From the IMG/VR virus record IMGVR_UViG_3300047400_000334, positions 1 to 28,892 of that record: 28,892 bases of DNA. One strand, given 5' to 3'. The first letter of the stretch is position 1. Each line of letters opens with the position of its first letter. A program made the position numbers and the translations under genes. Positions 27,986-28,892 of the stretch are shown here, in pieces. This DNA is from a virus. Taxonomy: Duplodnaviria; Caudoviricetes. The notes beneath the pieces were generated by a model. That model did no database searches. It saw only the letters and a program-made list of their open reading frames with translations, and was not told the DNA's origin.

Positions 27986-28025
27986 TATAGATCTCTGTGT
28001 ATAATATGATACATGGAGGTCTATA
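27986..28025 (+). promoter_or_regulatory. ~17-bp hairpin containing GTATAAT (27999-28005) and sequestering the GGAGG RBS
   Basis: TATAGATCTCTGTGTAT / ATACATGGAGGTCTATA with loop AATATG (three G-U pairs). Confidence 0.7.
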
Positions 28026-28825
28026 TGTCTCTAATCATAATCGAAGGAATCGATCGTTCCGGCAAATCTACTCTTGCCAAAGAGTTTGAGTCACAGGGAT
28101 ATCGATACGTTCACTTTGCTGCTCCCGATAGCAAATACTACAAACCAGGCTATGTTGGTCCATCTTATTTGGATGAGATGGTTGATTTCTTAGTTTCTTT
28201 ATCTGGACAGGACGTTGTATTAGATAGATCTCATTACGGCGAACTGGTGTGGCCGTACGTATATGGACGCAATCCTCTCTTATCAGAAGATGATATAGAG
28301 ATTCTAAGAGAGATCGAAGATCAGAACGATGTCGTTCGAATAATGATGCACGACGAAAACGTCGAAGCACATTGGAAAAGATGCGTCGACAACAACGAGC
28401 CTTTGTCTAGGACGCAGTTCAATTCCGCTGGTCAACTATACGATCATGTTGCTTCTAAATTTGGTTTTACAAAACTAACAAAACCTCAGATCGATAAAGT
28501 CAATCAAAAACAAGAAGAGGTAAAAGATACCGTGCAAGCACAACCTAAAGTACAAGAGTCGAACGTTGTGAAGATCGAGACATCTTTAAAACTTACACCT
28601 GAGCAAGTTAAGCTTCAACAAGCTAACGCGATCAACGATATCATGTCGGCTCGCATAGTTAAGCGTAAGGGAAACGAGTACGATCTTATCGAGAACAAGA
28701 TTCGCGAGTTTCTCAATACTGAGTTGGCAAAACTACTTGGAACACACGACAGTCCACAACTCTCTGCAGAAGAGATTACGATACTTAAAGCATTAGCTAG
28801 TCGCGTAATAGAAAAACGCGCTTAA
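28025..28825 (+). CDS. Thymidylate/nucleotide kinase-like P-loop protein with C-terminal extension
   Basis: IIIEGIDRSGKSTLA P-loop and VVLDRSHYGELVW; ATG 28025 follows GGAGG. Confidence 0.8.
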   Translation: MSLIIIEGIDRSGKSTLAKEFESQGYRYVHFAAPDSKYYKPGYVGPSYLDEMVDFLVSLSGQDVVLDRSHYGELVWPYVYGRNPLLSEDDIEILREIEDQNDVVRIMMHDENVEAHWKRCVDNNEPLSRTQFNSAGQLYDHVASKFGFTKLTKPQIDKVNQKQEEVKDTVQAQPKVQESNVVKIETSLKLTPEQVKLQQANAINDIMSARIVKRKGNEYDLIENKIREFLNTELAKLLGTHDSPQLSAEEITILKALASRVIEKRA

Positions 28826-28838
28826 CAAAGGAGGCCCG

Positions 28839-28892
28839 ATGCGTATCATGGACCACAAGAATAAGAAAAGAGTAACAAGTACTTCAGAAAGA
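28839..28892 (+). CDS. Start of next ORF (partial, MRIMDHKNKK...)
   Basis: AAGGAGG RBS then ATG; frame is open to the window end. Confidence 0.55.
   Translation, partial: MRIMDHKNKKRVTSTSER

Noticed and set aside
556-28370. Numerous minus-strand and alternative-frame ORFs of 60-194 aa (e.g. 11517-12101, 27524-27889)
   Set aside because: They lie within or across well-supported + strand genes and show no recognisable motifs; the poly-Leu ORF is just the antisense of the poly-Gln tract
1-28892. CRISPR array, transposase, integrase or stop-codon recoding
   Set aside because: No spaced direct repeats or such genes were seen; long genes read through in the standard code and end in TAA, TGA or TAG

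Overview
An almost entirely + strand, gene-dense segment of a large (probably jumbo) tailed dsDNA phage genome in the standard genetic code. A replication, recombination and nucleotide-metabolism block (SF2 helicase, dUTPase, degenerate MTase, GroEL-like chaperonin, Rad50/SbcC, RuvC, phosphoesterase, DnaQ-DnaE fusion polymerase, gp32-like SSB, UvsY-like, RecA, Mre11/SbcD) is followed by a packaging block (sigma-like ORF, probable small terminase, large terminase, portal) and a thymidylate-kinase-like gene. The main discovery is a large terminase gene fractured by a naturally split intein. IntN ends ORF 21988-22929 and IntC begins ORF 24431/24446-25975. Two passenger genes lie between the halves, a minimal Pol X and a His-rich unknown protein, with no recognisable homing endonuclease. 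Other observations are a recurrent GTATAAT -10-like box coupled to hairpins that occlude the ribosome-binding site, a highly structured ~200-nt intergenic RNA candidate, three tandem micro-ORFs sharing a motif, and a TM/coiled-coil/beta-anchor protein that could span the envelope. All calls come from motif reading by eye; no database searches were run.
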